This document shows, in pieces, positions 19,337-29,972 of a stretch of 46,401 bases of DNA. The DNA lies in IMG/VR virus record IMGVR_UViG_3300033076_000578, positions 1 through 46,401 of that record, one strand, 5' to 3'. The stretch is from a virus. Its lineage: Duplodnaviria; Caudoviricetes. The translations under genes and the position numbers were made by a program. Below the pieces are notes generated by a model. The model ran no database searches. It had not been told where the DNA came from and saw only the letters and a program-made list of their open reading frames with translations. The first letter of the stretch is position 1; every line of letters starts with the position of its first letter.

Positions 19337-20596
19337 TTAAAAATCTAATTTAACTTTAATTGCAACTTCTTTATCAAATGATTTTTCAATTGGTTTTGAA
19401 GTTTTTGCTACTGCTAATAATTCGTTAGCATCATCGTATAAACCTACTGTTGTGATATAAACACGCGGGTCTCTTTCAAATGTAGGTTGAACAAATTCAC
19501 CAACCGAACCAGTTGTAAATGTTGGGTTATTTGAGAAGTTAAACTCTCTGTTGTTTGCTCTTACGAAATAGTGAGATGTAGAAACATTTTCAGTTCTACG
19601 AACTTGGAAGTCTGAACCACTTGCCAATGCTCTCAATAATGCGATAGAACCAGATGTACCAACAAATACAGATGCTGATGTTGAGTTATTGTGATAAATA
19701 CCTGAAATAGATGAACTTGCTGCTGATAAGTTTGGATTAACCTTAGCTGCTAATGCCGCAGGGTTTAATAAAACAATACCCATATCTGGATAGAATAATC
19801 CCCATCCTTGTCCATTTGAAGATGTATATGATGAAATTGATGCAGATAATGCTGAACCAATATTCAATGAACCACTAACGATGTTATAAACTCTACCAGA
19901 TGTAGTTACATTCTCATCAGTTCCACCCGAATCATCGATTAAATTAACTTCACCTAATGAACCCACTAATTTAATTGAAATATTACCTGGGTCTAATCTT
20001 TCTTTGTATCTGGCTCTATTTACGTTTATCGCATAGAAATTATGTAAATCATGTCCTCCCGCAGTTGAACCACTATATACGCTAAAATATGGGTCAGCAG
20101 AATCTAATAAAATATTACGATACTGATTGTAAGTTGCTTTTGTAGGTAAAGTAGATGAATCATCTTGTGTTAAAGTAGGTGCTCCATATCCACTAGCATC
20201 ACCGTATGCAATTGAGAATTGAACCTCCGATGATGTAGATGATGTTACTCCATTATAAACATCTATATAGTATTTACCACTAACACCTGCAATTTGAGCA
20301 GATGATGTATATGATGCATTTACTGCCAATGAACCTGTATCTCCACTCCAAATACCAGATGTTACAATTTCTGTTCTATTAGTTACTTTATCGATTGAAC
20401 CAAATTTTTTATAAATACCATTTGTAATGGTAGTTAAATCAGAACTGATTTGCTCACCAGTTCCTAAAAATTGATTTACGATTCTAACTAATTCGTTAGT
20501 ATCTACGGGAGTTCCTGCCGTATTGGCTGCACCTGCCAAATATTGTGAAATATTACTTGCTAAAAGTGCCCCTCTATTATCTCTTATTACTGCCAT
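19337..20596 (-). CDS. Virion structural protein with a tail-collar/baseplate-type C-terminus
   Basis: EFNFSNNPTF...VYITTVGLYDDANELLAVAKTSKPIEKSFDKEVAIKVKLDF; Ser/Gly-rich; lies in the structural operon. Confidence 0.6.
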   Translation of the reverse strand: MAVIRDNRGALLASNISQYLAGAANTAGTPVDTNELVRIVNQFLGTGEQISSDLTTITNGIYKKFGSIDKVTNRTEIVTSGIWSGDTGSLAVNASYTSSAQIAGVSGKYYIDVYNGVTSSTSSEVQFSIAYGDASGYGAPTLTQDDSSTLPTKATYNQYRNILLDSADPYFSVYSGSTAGGHDLHNFYAINVNRARYKERLDPGNISIKLVGSLGEVNLIDDSGGTDENVTTSGRVYNIVSGSLNIGSALSASISSYTSSNGQGWGLFYPDMGIVLLNPAALAAKVNPNLSAASSSISGIYHNNSTSASVFVGTSGSIALLRALASGSDFQVRRTENVSTSHYFVRANNREFNFSNNPTFTTGSVGEFVQPTFERDPRVYITTVGLYDDANELLAVAKTSKPIEKSFDKEVAIKVKLDF

Positions 20597-20605
20597 TTTT
20601 ATTTA

Positions 20606-21229
20606 TTATTGAACGTAAGTTACAGTTACTGGTATTGTTTGAGAACCACCCGTTTCATTACCATAAACTGTGATTGTAGTTCTGATAGTAGAAGTTAAAG
20701 ATGGATTCGGTATAAATTTAAATGTTAATCCTTTTGATACTGCTGCCGTTGCAGAAATGTCATCACCAATAAAGATAGGTACTGAACCAACTTCTGATGT
20801 TACACCTGAACCAATAATATCTCCCGCATTTTTGTTTGCCAATACAATAGTGTATCCTAAACTTCTATTTCCTGCTGGAGATGTTGTTGGTGATAAAGCA
20901 ACTTCACCACTTTTTTGATTAACTGCAATATTAGGAACACCAAATTCAACTACTGGAATACGAGTTGTATTTTTTGGAAGTGTTACTAATTTATATTTCA
21001 TTACCTGAGTTTCATCAGGGTTTGCTTCTAATACAGGCATATTTTTAATTGCCGCATCGTAGTAAGCTGAACCAAGTGGGTGAGCTGGTTCGTATAATGA
21101 ATAATCAATCTCATCATCTGCTAATGCAAATTGAGTAATGTTTAAACCCTGTCCCGCTGCCAGTTTTTCTCTACCTTTTTTTGTAAGGATTGCATCTACT
21201 GTTAATTCGGTATTACTTAAATATCCCAT
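20606..21229 (-). CDS. Virion structural protein with a tail-collar-like N-terminus
   Basis: AILTKKGREKLAAGQGLNITQFALADDEIDY resembles the LT..G..KLA...I...A.GD start of tail-collar fibre domains. Confidence 0.6.
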   Translation of the reverse strand: MGYLSNTELTVDAILTKKGREKLAAGQGLNITQFALADDEIDYSLYEPAHPLGSAYYDAAIKNMPVLEANPDETQVMKYKLVTLPKNTTRIPVVEFGVPNIAVNQKSGEVALSPTTSPAGNRSLGYTIVLANKNAGDIIGSGVTSEVGSVPIFIGDDISATAAVSKGLTFKFIPNPSLTSTIRTTITVYGNETGGSQTIPVTVTYVQ

Positions 21230-21253
21230 AGTATTAATGTATTATCTTTTGAT

Positions 21254-21262
21254 ATAAATATA
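21254..21262 (-). promoter_or_regulatory. Putative phage late promoter motif TATATTTAT
   Basis: Minus strand TATATTTATATCAAAAG, 24 nt upstream of ATG 21229. Confidence 0.55.
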
Positions 21263-21278
21263 GTTTTTTTTAAAATTA

Positions 21279-24200
21279 TTACTCTACTTCTAAAATTGGT
21301 TCACTTGCATCTCTTCCTGCTTTATTTACCTTTAATGTATTAGGATTAGTTGAGAATACTTCAATTGGAGGTGTTCCATCTAAAGTAGTTGCTGCCGTAT
21401 TTTTTGAACCTCTAAAGAAAGAATTTTCTAATCCTTTTGTTAAATCGGATGTGTTTCTAAAGTGTGTTGGTAAATATCCACTAACCGGAGTTACTTCAAC
21501 TATACTACCAGTTCCTGCGTTAATTACTTTTGAACCTGAAAATGGTTGTATATTTAAAGATGTTTCATAATAAACCGATGATGTTAAAATCATACCATCT
21601 CTTGGGTCACCAACTCCATTTATAGTTGTTTTAAATTTAACAATATCTCTTACCTTTCTTTCTTTAACTAAATCAACTTTTACTCTTTCTTTTACTCTTC
21701 TTCCATTTTTATCAAAATATGTTCTAATTGCATGTCCATTTTGTGCATACAATCCAAACCCAATATTTTCATAATCAGTTTGCCCAACTACAATATTACT
21801 TCCAATTATATCAATTTCAGTAAGTATTGTAGGGTCTTGCAATCCTGCATCTATTGTAACATCTCTTTGATATGATTCTGCTTCTACTAATGTAGTTTCT
21901 GTATTTTGTATTTCAGAATCATATTGATAATTTTCTGCATTTAGATTTTCACTTAAATTGGCATCAATTAATGTTTCTTGTTGATTATTTTCAGCAATTA
22001 ATAAATATTCAGAATTTGCGTCTAATGTTACTTCTTGTTGAATATTTTCAGAAGTTAATATTGTAGAATCATCATAGTGTATTACAGATTCATATTGACC
22101 GTTTTCACCAGATGGTTTCTTTTGAGCAATTTTACTTCTTTCTAATATATGTGGTTCAATTAAAAGACCTGTTGTTGCCTTTGCTCTGGCAGGTAACATA
22201 TTTTTAATATCCTCAAACATAGATTTCTCATACAACTTAATTAAGTTAATATAAGAATAAATGTCAATATTATTAAATCTTTTAAAATAATATTTTCTTA
22301 AATCATCTAATCCTTTATAATTTGATTTGTATCGGTTTGATGGGTCACCAATATAATTATCTAAATTTATTCCACCAAAAGATTTAGCAATATCGATATT
22401 TAACTCTTTTGTAGGGGAGAAAAATAAACCAACTCTATTTGAATCAACCGGCGATTGGTCAAACGCTTTTTTAGTTGCTCTACCATTTACTGATAAATCA
22501 TTTATTAAAGTTTGGTCTTCAAAACGAACTTTGTTTGTTGAATATCTAGATGAACCAACATCTGGCATATCTAATACAATCGTTCTATCTATTGCTTCAA
22601 ACTGATATGGATATGTTATATTTGAAATAAATCCGCTTGCAGTTGCATATAATAATGATGCAGACACTTCCGAATACAATGAAGCAGTAGAACCATTTTC
22701 ATAATCATTTCTTGTTAAACTACCTGAGAAATAAACATTTGTATCAACATTTATTAACGAAGATGTTACTGCTAAATTTTTAGGGTATTCAAAATCTAAA
22801 CGGAAATATAAATCATGTGTAGAAGATGAAATACTATTGCCATTTATCATTTCAGGGAATGAAACGTGTTCGTAGAATACAGTTTTGTTCAACGGTTCAT
22901 TCCACAAACGAAATTCATCTATGCTTCCACTAAAATTATTTCCTAATGATAATCTTGTTCCATTGTTCCAATTACTTTGAGAAGAAGAAACACTTGCGGT
23001 TATAGATTCTTCAAATATACTTCTTTCTTTATCTGCTTGTTTAATGTTTAATTCTAAACTATGTGATACACTACCACTTCTATTTACAGATATTCCAAAG
23101 AAATTACCATTAAATATAGGTAATAATGATGAAGATATTGCATTTGAACCAGAATAATTTAATATTACTCTACCATAATTTGAATTTAAAGAACCACTTA
23201 CAGATATATCCCATCCACTACCTGAAACAATAGATGAACTTTGTGCGGTACTTGGTTTAACAAAAAATTCAATAGTATCTGGTTTTCTACCTTTATTGGT
23301 ATTTTGCCAGTTCATTTCAACTTTTGAACCCGATGTGAATTTAAGAGCAGTAGTAATATTATCCATTACTAACTTACCTTTGTTAGAATCGGTTACTTCT
23401 GGTCCTCCAAATTCTAAAATAGAAAGATTAGAAGATGGAATACCATAACAACTCATTAAAGCATATATACCTTTCTTTGTACCTTTATGCTTTAACAAAT
23501 AAGGTAAGTTATTTATAATTCTTCTCCAAATTTCGTTATTTCTGGTTTTAAATGGATTAGTTTGTACTTCTTTTCCATTTGAATCTAATCCAAATGCATA
23601 ATTCCAAAGTTTGGCATCTGCACCAATAGATTTAGCATCCCATCCAAATGATTTTAATCCATCAAATAATAATTTATCAGAAATACCATTTTTTGATTTA
23701 TATCCTAAACCTCTACTTTTTTCAATTGCTTTTGTATGGTAGTATATATTATCAAAATGATGTCCAATCATTGATAAAAATAATAACATACTTTCATTTT
23801 CTGCATTATTTACAATAAATTGTGGAATATTGTTTTGAACCCAATTTGAGTTTTCTATATCAAAATCTTCTGCTAATGTTATAATAGTTCCATACCAATC
23901 AGCTACTTCATTTGATGTACTTAACTTTCTATTAACACCATCATACGGCCAACTTAATGAAGATGATGTGTATAAGAATTTTTCAAATCCATCAAACGCA
24001 TTTATTAATTGGTCTTTTTTTAATTGTTGTTTAGCACGTTCCTGTTGAGCAGATAATGAACCAGTGTGTAATCCATCACCACTTCCAATATAATAAGATG
24101 AAGATATTAATGATTCATATGTTTCAATTAATTGAACTTTGTAAACAAAATTATCTACTCTTTCTTTTGCAGAACTAAAATGTACAAAATTATCCCACGC

Positions 24201-26189
24201 ATATATAGAACCAGATGTATATTCTATATTTAATGAGTCCGTATCAATTAATGATGAACTTAAATACGAATTAACTAATTGAGCAGATGATGTGTTTAAT
24301 AATATTAAATCATCTAATGATTCATAATTTGTAGAATTTCCTTTTATAAAATCTACTTCAATTGAAAAATTAGGTCCTTTTAATGGAGGACATTTTAAAT
24401 CATCTTGTTCTGTTAGTATTACCGTTTCAATTAACGGATTTGTCATTAATTTTGTAACCCAAAACGTTGAGTTAGGAGTTACAGATGCAGGTAATGGTGA
24501 ATATAATTTTAAAATTAAAGATTCTACCTTATCTACATCTTTAACATATTCGTTACCTAATTCATCTATTGATTTTTTAGATAACGTCCAATCATCTTCT
24601 TCCCATGATGAAATTAATATTTCCTCATCATTACCAAAATTGACAAGGTGAGTAAGATATTTACTTTCTTTTTCAGGTTCAATTATTTGTAGCTTTTCAA
24701 TGAAAGCATCAAACATTGCTTTACCAAAAATATCCTCATTAATCTCTAATAATGGTAATATTAATTTAGTAACAATTTCATAATCATTACCAGTTAATGC
24801 TTCCGCACCACCTCTATTATATGGTATTAATTTTAAAGTTACGGTATCACTACCTACCCATTTTGGAAATTTCTCTCTTAATGTTTTAAGATGTATATTT
24901 ACTTTTCCATTTGTAGGTTGATTTACAAATAATGGAATAAATGAATTATCTTTTAATTTTAAATGTATATCTACACTTGTTGCTGCAAATGTATTCCAAC
25001 TTACATCATATGAAATATTGTAATCTGAAAAAGATGGAACATCTATTAATTCTGCAAATGTTGTTTCTGTAATAGATGGGAAATCGTTTATTGATGTAAA
25101 TGTTACATTAACTTCAACTCTACCACCAGTTCCATAATTATTACTATATGCTACTAATATTAGTTTTTTAGTACCATATACTTCTGCAAAATCTTTTTGG
25201 AAATAAATAATAGCTTGTCTATCTGATGCAGGAACTTCAATTGTTCTATTTGCATCCAAATAAACAATAACTTTATCAGCTTGTTCTGTATTAAATGGAA
25301 TTGCAATTGATTTTTCTAAATCAGAATCTTTTACAGAAACATTAAATTTATCACCGTTAGGTAAAGTAATTTTTGGTTCTGCGTATTTAATTTCTTTTTC
25401 AAAATTTGCAATAACAACAAAACTACTTAATAATTTATTAGCAGGTACGGAAAATACAGTACCACCTACTTTATTTAAACCAGATAAATCTGCACCATTG
25501 TTTTTTATTTGAGATGCATTTCCTTCGTATATACCACTAAATGCAAATCCATCTGGAAGATTTCCTTCTATTTTAAATAATACTTTACCGTTTTGTAAAA
25601 TATCCTTTGATAATTGTTTTTTAATAAAACTTTTTGTTCCATCTAAAAACAATACACCACTATCATGTTTGTAATCATTTAATACGATTTCATATGATAA
25701 TGAAACATTATTACCTAACTCATTTCTAAAATTACTACCAAACGAAATTTCATACTCACTATTTGGATTAGGAGTAACAATTTCTTGTTTATCTATTCTT
25801 GTTTTAGTAGCAGGAGTTTGTGGTACGGGAACATCGGCAACTTTTGGTATTTCCAATTGCTGTAATTGTTCTAATGTTTGTGGTACGTTTGTTGGATTTC
25901 TTTCATTAACAACAACTGTATTTCCAACTGAATCTTTAAATGTCAATGGTTGATAAATAGGTCCAATTGTATCAGACCCCAACATTGTAAGTGGATTTAT
26001 AGTTCCTATACTCTGTGCAATACCAGCTTGTAATTGAGCTTGTCCCGCAGGTGAGTTCAATTGTGCAAGAGTTTCATTTAAACCAGAAAGAGCATTTGTA
26101 TCAATTGTTACATTACTCAATGCCTCATACAATTCGTATGACATTCCAAGTTTGTCTGCCTCTAATTTTTGTTCGTCTGTTAATGCCAT
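21279..26189 (-). CDS. Large baseplate wedge-like structural protein (P2 gpI-like KGT motif, LamG-like domain)
   Basis: WRRIINNLPYLLKHKGTKKGIYALMSCYG; TIEFFVKP...LGNNFSGSIDEFRLWNEPL (LamG-like); IKNMLPARA; follows the gp25 and gp6 genes. Confidence 0.65.
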   Translation of the reverse strand: MALTDEQKLEADKLGMSYELYEALSNVTIDTNALSGLNETLAQLNSPAGQAQLQAGIAQSIGTINPLTMLGSDTIGPIYQPLTFKDSVGNTVVVNERNPTNVPQTLEQLQQLEIPKVADVPVPQTPATKTRIDKQEIVTPNPNSEYEISFGSNFRNELGNNVSLSYEIVLNDYKHDSGVLFLDGTKSFIKKQLSKDILQNGKVLFKIEGNLPDGFAFSGIYEGNASQIKNNGADLSGLNKVGGTVFSVPANKLLSSFVVIANFEKEIKYAEPKITLPNGDKFNVSVKDSDLEKSIAIPFNTEQADKVIVYLDANRTIEVPASDRQAIIYFQKDFAEVYGTKKLILVAYSNNYGTGGRVEVNVTFTSINDFPSITETTFAELIDVPSFSDYNISYDVSWNTFAATSVDIHLKLKDNSFIPLFVNQPTNGKVNIHLKTLREKFPKWVGSDTVTLKLIPYNRGGAEALTGNDYEIVTKLILPLLEINEDIFGKAMFDAFIEKLQIIEPEKESKYLTHLVNFGNDEEILISSWEEDDWTLSKKSIDELGNEYVKDVDKVESLILKLYSPLPASVTPNSTFWVTKLMTNPLIETVILTEQDDLKCPPLKGPNFSIEVDFIKGNSTNYESLDDLILLNTSSAQLVNSYLSSSLIDTDSLNIEYTSGSIYAWDNFVHFSSAKERVDNFVYKVQLIETYESLISSSYYIGSGDGLHTGSLSAQQERAKQQLKKDQLINAFDGFEKFLYTSSSLSWPYDGVNRKLSTSNEVADWYGTIITLAEDFDIENSNWVQNNIPQFIVNNAENESMLLFLSMIGHHFDNIYYHTKAIEKSRGLGYKSKNGISDKLLFDGLKSFGWDAKSIGADAKLWNYAFGLDSNGKEVQTNPFKTRNNEIWRRIINNLPYLLKHKGTKKGIYALMSCYGIPSSNLSILEFGGPEVTDSNKGKLVMDNITTALKFTSGSKVEMNWQNTNKGRKPDTIEFFVKPSTAQSSSIVSGSGWDISVSGSLNSNYGRVILNYSGSNAISSSLLPIFNGNFFGISVNRSGSVSHSLELNIKQADKERSIFEESITASVSSSQSNWNNGTRLSLGNNFSGSIDEFRLWNEPLNKTVFYEHVSFPEMINGNSISSSTHDLYFRLDFEYPKNLAVTSSLINVDTNVYFSGSLTRNDYENGSTASLYSEVSASLLYATASGFISNITYPYQFEAIDRTIVLDMPDVGSSRYSTNKVRFEDQTLINDLSVNGRATKKAFDQSPVDSNRVGLFFSPTKELNIDIAKSFGGINLDNYIGDPSNRYKSNYKGLDDLRKYYFKRFNNIDIYSYINLIKLYEKSMFEDIKNMLPARAKATTGLLIEPHILERSKIAQKKPSGENGQYESVIHYDDSTILTSENIQQEVTLDANSEYLLIAENNQQETLIDANLSENLNAENYQYDSEIQNTETTLVEAESYQRDVTIDAGLQDPTILTEIDIIGSNIVVGQTDYENIGFGLYAQNGHAIRTYFDKNGRRVKERVKVDLVKERKVRDIVKFKTTINGVGDPRDGMILTSSVYYETSLNIQPFSGSKVINAGTGSIVEVTPVSGYLPTHFRNTSDLTKGLENSFFRGSKNTAATTLDGTPPIEVFSTNPNTLKVNKAGRDASEPILEVE

Positions 26190-26203
26190 TTAATACTTTT
26201 AAT

Positions 26204-26212
26204 ATAAATATC
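26204..26212 (-). promoter_or_regulatory. Putative phage late promoter motif GATATTTAT
   Basis: Minus strand GATATTTATATTAAAAG, 14 nt upstream of ATG 26189. Confidence 0.55.
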
Positions 26213-26220
26213 TCAATTTA

Positions 26221-27726
26221 TTATAATTGTCTTGCTGGTACTCTTGGTATAAATTTAGTTGTACCCATTCCATCTGTAACACCTGCATCATATTGTTTAA
26301 TATCTACAAATTCTCTAACAGTTGGTCCTCCTGTATTTGCAGGTTCTACTCTCGTAGATGGTGTTATTTGATTTGAATTAGTTGGTGTGCTTCCACAAGT
26401 ACTGTGTTTATTTATATTGCCATATCCACCTTCGGCAATGCTTACACTATTTTCTATTGCACATACCGTTCTTTGTTCACCTGGTGCAAGTACATATGAA
26501 ATAACACCATTTATACCAAGCTGACGTAAAACAAATGTTCTATTCTCCGATGGGTGATAGTTACTTATTGTGTATTCGTACGCAACTTCATTTGGTGCAG
26601 TTGGTGCAGGTGGTGCAGTTGATGCAGGTGGTGGGGTAGGAGTTGGTGTGTTTTCCACAACTGTAACTTCTTTTATTGTTTTAATTGGTGGTAATTCACT
26701 TGTTCCTGTAACCGTTACATCTACTTTTTCCGGTACATAGATATTTCTTTTAATATCAATTTTTGTATTAAATGTATCTAAATTATTTTGAATTTGTTTT
26801 CTTAACTCAACTATTGCAAATTCTTTTGGTAGTTGTTTAATATCAACTTTTCTTTTTTGTAATGCCTTTGTATTAAAGGTAATACAATTATTTAATATGC
26901 TTTGAATTTCTCCCATTAACATATTAAAATCATATTGACCACAACTTTCAAATCTTATTTCAGATGGTTTTCCAAAAGTGGGTTGTGTTATATCATAGTA
27001 TTTATTATTAACCCAATGTTTAACACTATCTCTAAAATTTTCAAATATTCTTTTATGAAATGTATCTAAATCTCGTATTCCAAAATCTTTTCTCAATACT
27101 TCTCTGAAATCTTTTCCAAATTTAGCAACTAAAGAATCATCTATTACAGATAATGAACCTGCTTCAAATTTATCTAAAGCATCTAATATATTTCTTTTAT
27201 AATATTTAAAATCTTTACTTAAATTATGGATATTTTTAAATTCTTTTTTTGTATTTTTATTTATCGTATTATCTTTGGTTTTTAAAGGTAAAATACGAAT
27301 CTCTTCTCTTGTTGCAGATATTTCTTGTACCCAAACTCTTGTTAATTCATTATCAGTTCCTATTTTATTACGAACAAAATTTATATTAACTTTAAGAATA
27401 CCGTTTGAATATCCTAAATCTTTTAATAGTTTTTCAACATTTATAGCAAGTTCTTTTTGACCTCCTGAATTAACTATATCGTACATATAGTTTCTCATAT
27501 CATTTGGTTTTATATATGCAATATTATTTCCTGTCTTATTTGGTAATAAAACATTATTAACATCATATATGGATACTTCCATTACATCATGCTTACAATC
27601 ACCAAAATCTGCTTCTTCTGTTTCAGTTTTGGACACAATAAACAAATCATCCTTTAAAAGAAAATCACCTTTGTTTTCTTTTCTGGAATCAATTTGTTCA
27701 AAGTTAGTATATTTTGTAATACTCAT
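26221..27726 (-). CDS. Putative virion structural protein with a Pro/Thr linker
   Basis: Long ORF in the baseplate operon; contains VQEISATREEIRI and a TPTPTPPPASTAPPAPTAP linker before a small beta domain. Confidence 0.55.
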   Translation of the reverse strand: MSITKYTNFEQIDSRKENKGDFLLKDDLFIVSKTETEEADFGDCKHDVMEVSIYDVNNVLLPNKTGNNIAYIKPNDMRNYMYDIVNSGGQKELAINVEKLLKDLGYSNGILKVNINFVRNKIGTDNELTRVWVQEISATREEIRILPLKTKDNTINKNTKKEFKNIHNLSKDFKYYKRNILDALDKFEAGSLSVIDDSLVAKFGKDFREVLRKDFGIRDLDTFHKRIFENFRDSVKHWVNNKYYDITQPTFGKPSEIRFESCGQYDFNMLMGEIQSILNNCITFNTKALQKRKVDIKQLPKEFAIVELRKQIQNNLDTFNTKIDIKRNIYVPEKVDVTVTGTSELPPIKTIKEVTVVENTPTPTPPPASTAPPAPTAPNEVAYEYTISNYHPSENRTFVLRQLGINGVISYVLAPGEQRTVCAIENSVSIAEGGYGNINKHSTCGSTPTNSNQITPSTRVEPANTGGPTVREFVDIKQYDAGVTDGMGTTKFIPRVPARQL

Positions 27727-27732
27727 AAATTA

Positions 27733-28890
27733 TTATGTTTGATGATTTTGATAATCCTCTTTATTCTTTTTGGATAATTTAATTCCGTAAGTTTTTACTT
27801 CACTTTTACCTGCTGCATTAGTTACAGTTATTTTCATAGAACCACCTGTGTAATCAGCAGAATCAGATTCTCTTAATCCCCAAAATGTATTAACCCATCG
27901 TGAATCAACTCCTCTTGCACCCTCTTTATTAATAGTTAAAGTTATATCTTTTGTACCACCGGCAGCAACACTAAATGATGTTTCTGGTATATTAAAAAAC
28001 TTAACATTTTGTGGATATGATACTGATATTTCAACTTTAATTGGTTGTTTATCGTTATTTGTAAATTTAATAGTTTCACCATTAATCCATTTACCATTTA
28101 ATTCAGAACTTATGTTTGCTTTGATTGGTGGTTCTGATTTAGCAGATGATGGTTCTAATTTAATTAAAGCTACATCTAATACCATATCTGCTCCACTTGC
28201 TAACGCAGTTGCTCTCGTTCCTTGTACAATTGCTTGTTGTTGTTGAGATGCTCCTAATTGTGCTTGCAAACCTTCGATAATAGAGTTTAATGAATCTATC
28301 TGTTTAATTAAAGCAGTAATCTGTGCAAAGAAACCTTTGTTCTGTGCTTGTAAAGATGCTCTTAAAATAGATTCATCAATTGATTTTTGAACTGCAGTTG
28401 CTATTTGTAATGCAAATTCTGAAATAGTTTTTGATAAAACTGATAATTGGTTTGATAAAGCATCGTTTGTTTGCTCTATTACCAATCGTTTGTTTATTTC
28501 TATTTCAACTAATGCCTTTAATATTGTAATTTGTTGATTTAATTCTTCGTTTTTAACCGTTAAATCTGTTACTTTTTTTCTTAAATCCTCATTAGTTGCA
28601 ACCTCCGTATCATATAATGGTTTAGGAACTAAATCTAAATTTGGTTTAGGAATGTTTGGTTTTAGTTCTTTAACTACAACATCTACTGCCTTTTGTAATT
28701 CAGCATTATCGTATTTATCCTTATTTAATGTTTTAAAAATTAAAGAAGATGCTGAATCGTTTTGATTTACAATAGTTACATTATATTCATTTTTGGTAAT
28801 AGCAGCAGAACCTGATACTTTTAGAATTTCTTCTAATTGTGCGGTTTTTATATTTTGTACTTTTTCAGAAATTGTTTCTGTTGTATTCAT
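27733..28890 (-). CDS. Hypothetical coiled-coil protein with a C-terminal Ig-like domain (likely virion)
   Basis: Heptad-rich centre (aa about 95-220); C-terminal IKFTNNDKQPIKVEI...SFSVAAGGTKDITLTI Ig-like strands. Confidence 0.55.
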   Translation of the reverse strand: MNTTETISEKVQNIKTAQLEEILKVSGSAAITKNEYNVTIVNQNDSASSLIFKTLNKDKYDNAELQKAVDVVVKELKPNIPKPNLDLVPKPLYDTEVATNEDLRKKVTDLTVKNEELNQQITILKALVEIEINKRLVIEQTNDALSNQLSVLSKTISEFALQIATAVQKSIDESILRASLQAQNKGFFAQITALIKQIDSLNSIIEGLQAQLGASQQQQAIVQGTRATALASGADMVLDVALIKLEPSSAKSEPPIKANISSELNGKWINGETIKFTNNDKQPIKVEISVSYPQNVKFFNIPETSFSVAAGGTKDITLTINKEGARGVDSRWVNTFWGLRESDSADYTGGSMKITVTNAAGKSEVKTYGIKLSKKNKEDYQNHQT

Positions 28891-29972
28891 TATGATACTA
28901 TTTCAAATATATATTTATCATCTACAATTGTAGCTATTCCACTTTCAATTATTTTTATCTTTAATCGGTATGCTCTATTAATAGGGAGTGTTGCCAAATC
29001 CATTATAAAATAATTAGATGTAGAATCACAACTCACTTTAGTATAGTCACCAAATGGAAATATTGCTTCTCCTGTTATGTAATCTTCTATTTGATAATAA
29101 GTTGAACCAGATGGTAGATATTTAACTTGGTCATAAGAGAATGTTCTATCAAATGTTTTTGATGGATACATATCTCTACCTTTTAATCTAATTTTTACTT
29201 TTGTATCTTTAACGTATTTACTTTTTAAATTAGTAATAACTACCTTATACCCTTCTTGTGCAGAACCAGTTACAGGTGATAAACTTCCAGTTGAAAATAC
29301 ACTATCATTCCAAACCATTTCTAATTTTGGTTCGTATATGGTATTTGTTTCCTTTGAAAAGAATTTAATAACACCATAATCCAATAAATCACTTTCCGCA
29401 TCTAAACTATGATGAACTACTATACCATCATTTGCAATAGAACCACTAACCCATAATTTAACTATATTGGTTACATCCATTCTAACATCATCCGTCTCAT
29501 AATCAAATGATTGAGATGTAGAACCACTTAAATACCAAGTACTACCTCCACCATTGGTTATAGAACCAGTATCAGAACCTGCTGCATATGAACCAGATAA
29601 GTCCATCCATTTAGAACTTCCATTTCTATAATACCAACTTACACCATCGGATGATATATTATCAAATTTAGTACCAGTTCCCATAGTCCAACTTTGAGAA
29701 ACTGCATTTGCATATAACTTATATTGTAATGGTATTTCTTCTGATTTTGCTGCTTTTAAATTTAAAAACACAGAGTAACTACCAGTACCAATGTTTTCGG
29801 CAACGGATTGAGATAAATGTGTTGAATTAAATTTAAGTAAAGTTCTAGCAATATCTTTTGTAGAACCATAATACAATTTACCAACCTCCAACATTTCATC
29901 CCTACCTGTATTTTGGTCTGGTTGTTGTAAGTATATACTTGCGTCAAACGATGATGTGAAAAATTTATGCAT
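28890..29972 (-). CDS. Putative virion protein with a DNRLRE-like beta-sandwich
   Basis: DASIY...NTGRDEMLEVG...RTLLKF...MDVTNIVKLW...NDG...FFSKE...PKLEMVW follows the DNRLRE-domain pattern. Confidence 0.55.
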   Translation of the reverse strand: MHKFFTSSFDASIYLQQPDQNTGRDEMLEVGKLYYGSTKDIARTLLKFNSTHLSQSVAENIGTGSYSVFLNLKAAKSEEIPLQYKLYANAVSQSWTMGTGTKFDNISSDGVSWYYRNGSSKWMDLSGSYAAGSDTGSITNGGGSTWYLSGSTSQSFDYETDDVRMDVTNIVKLWVSGSIANDGIVVHHSLDAESDLLDYGVIKFFSKETNTIYEPKLEMVWNDSVFSTGSLSPVTGSAQEGYKVVITNLKSKYVKDTKVKIRLKGRDMYPSKTFDRTFSYDQVKYLPSGSTYYQIEDYITGEAIFPFGDYTKVSCDSTSNYFIMDLATLPINRAYRLKIKIIESGIATIVDDKYIFEIVS

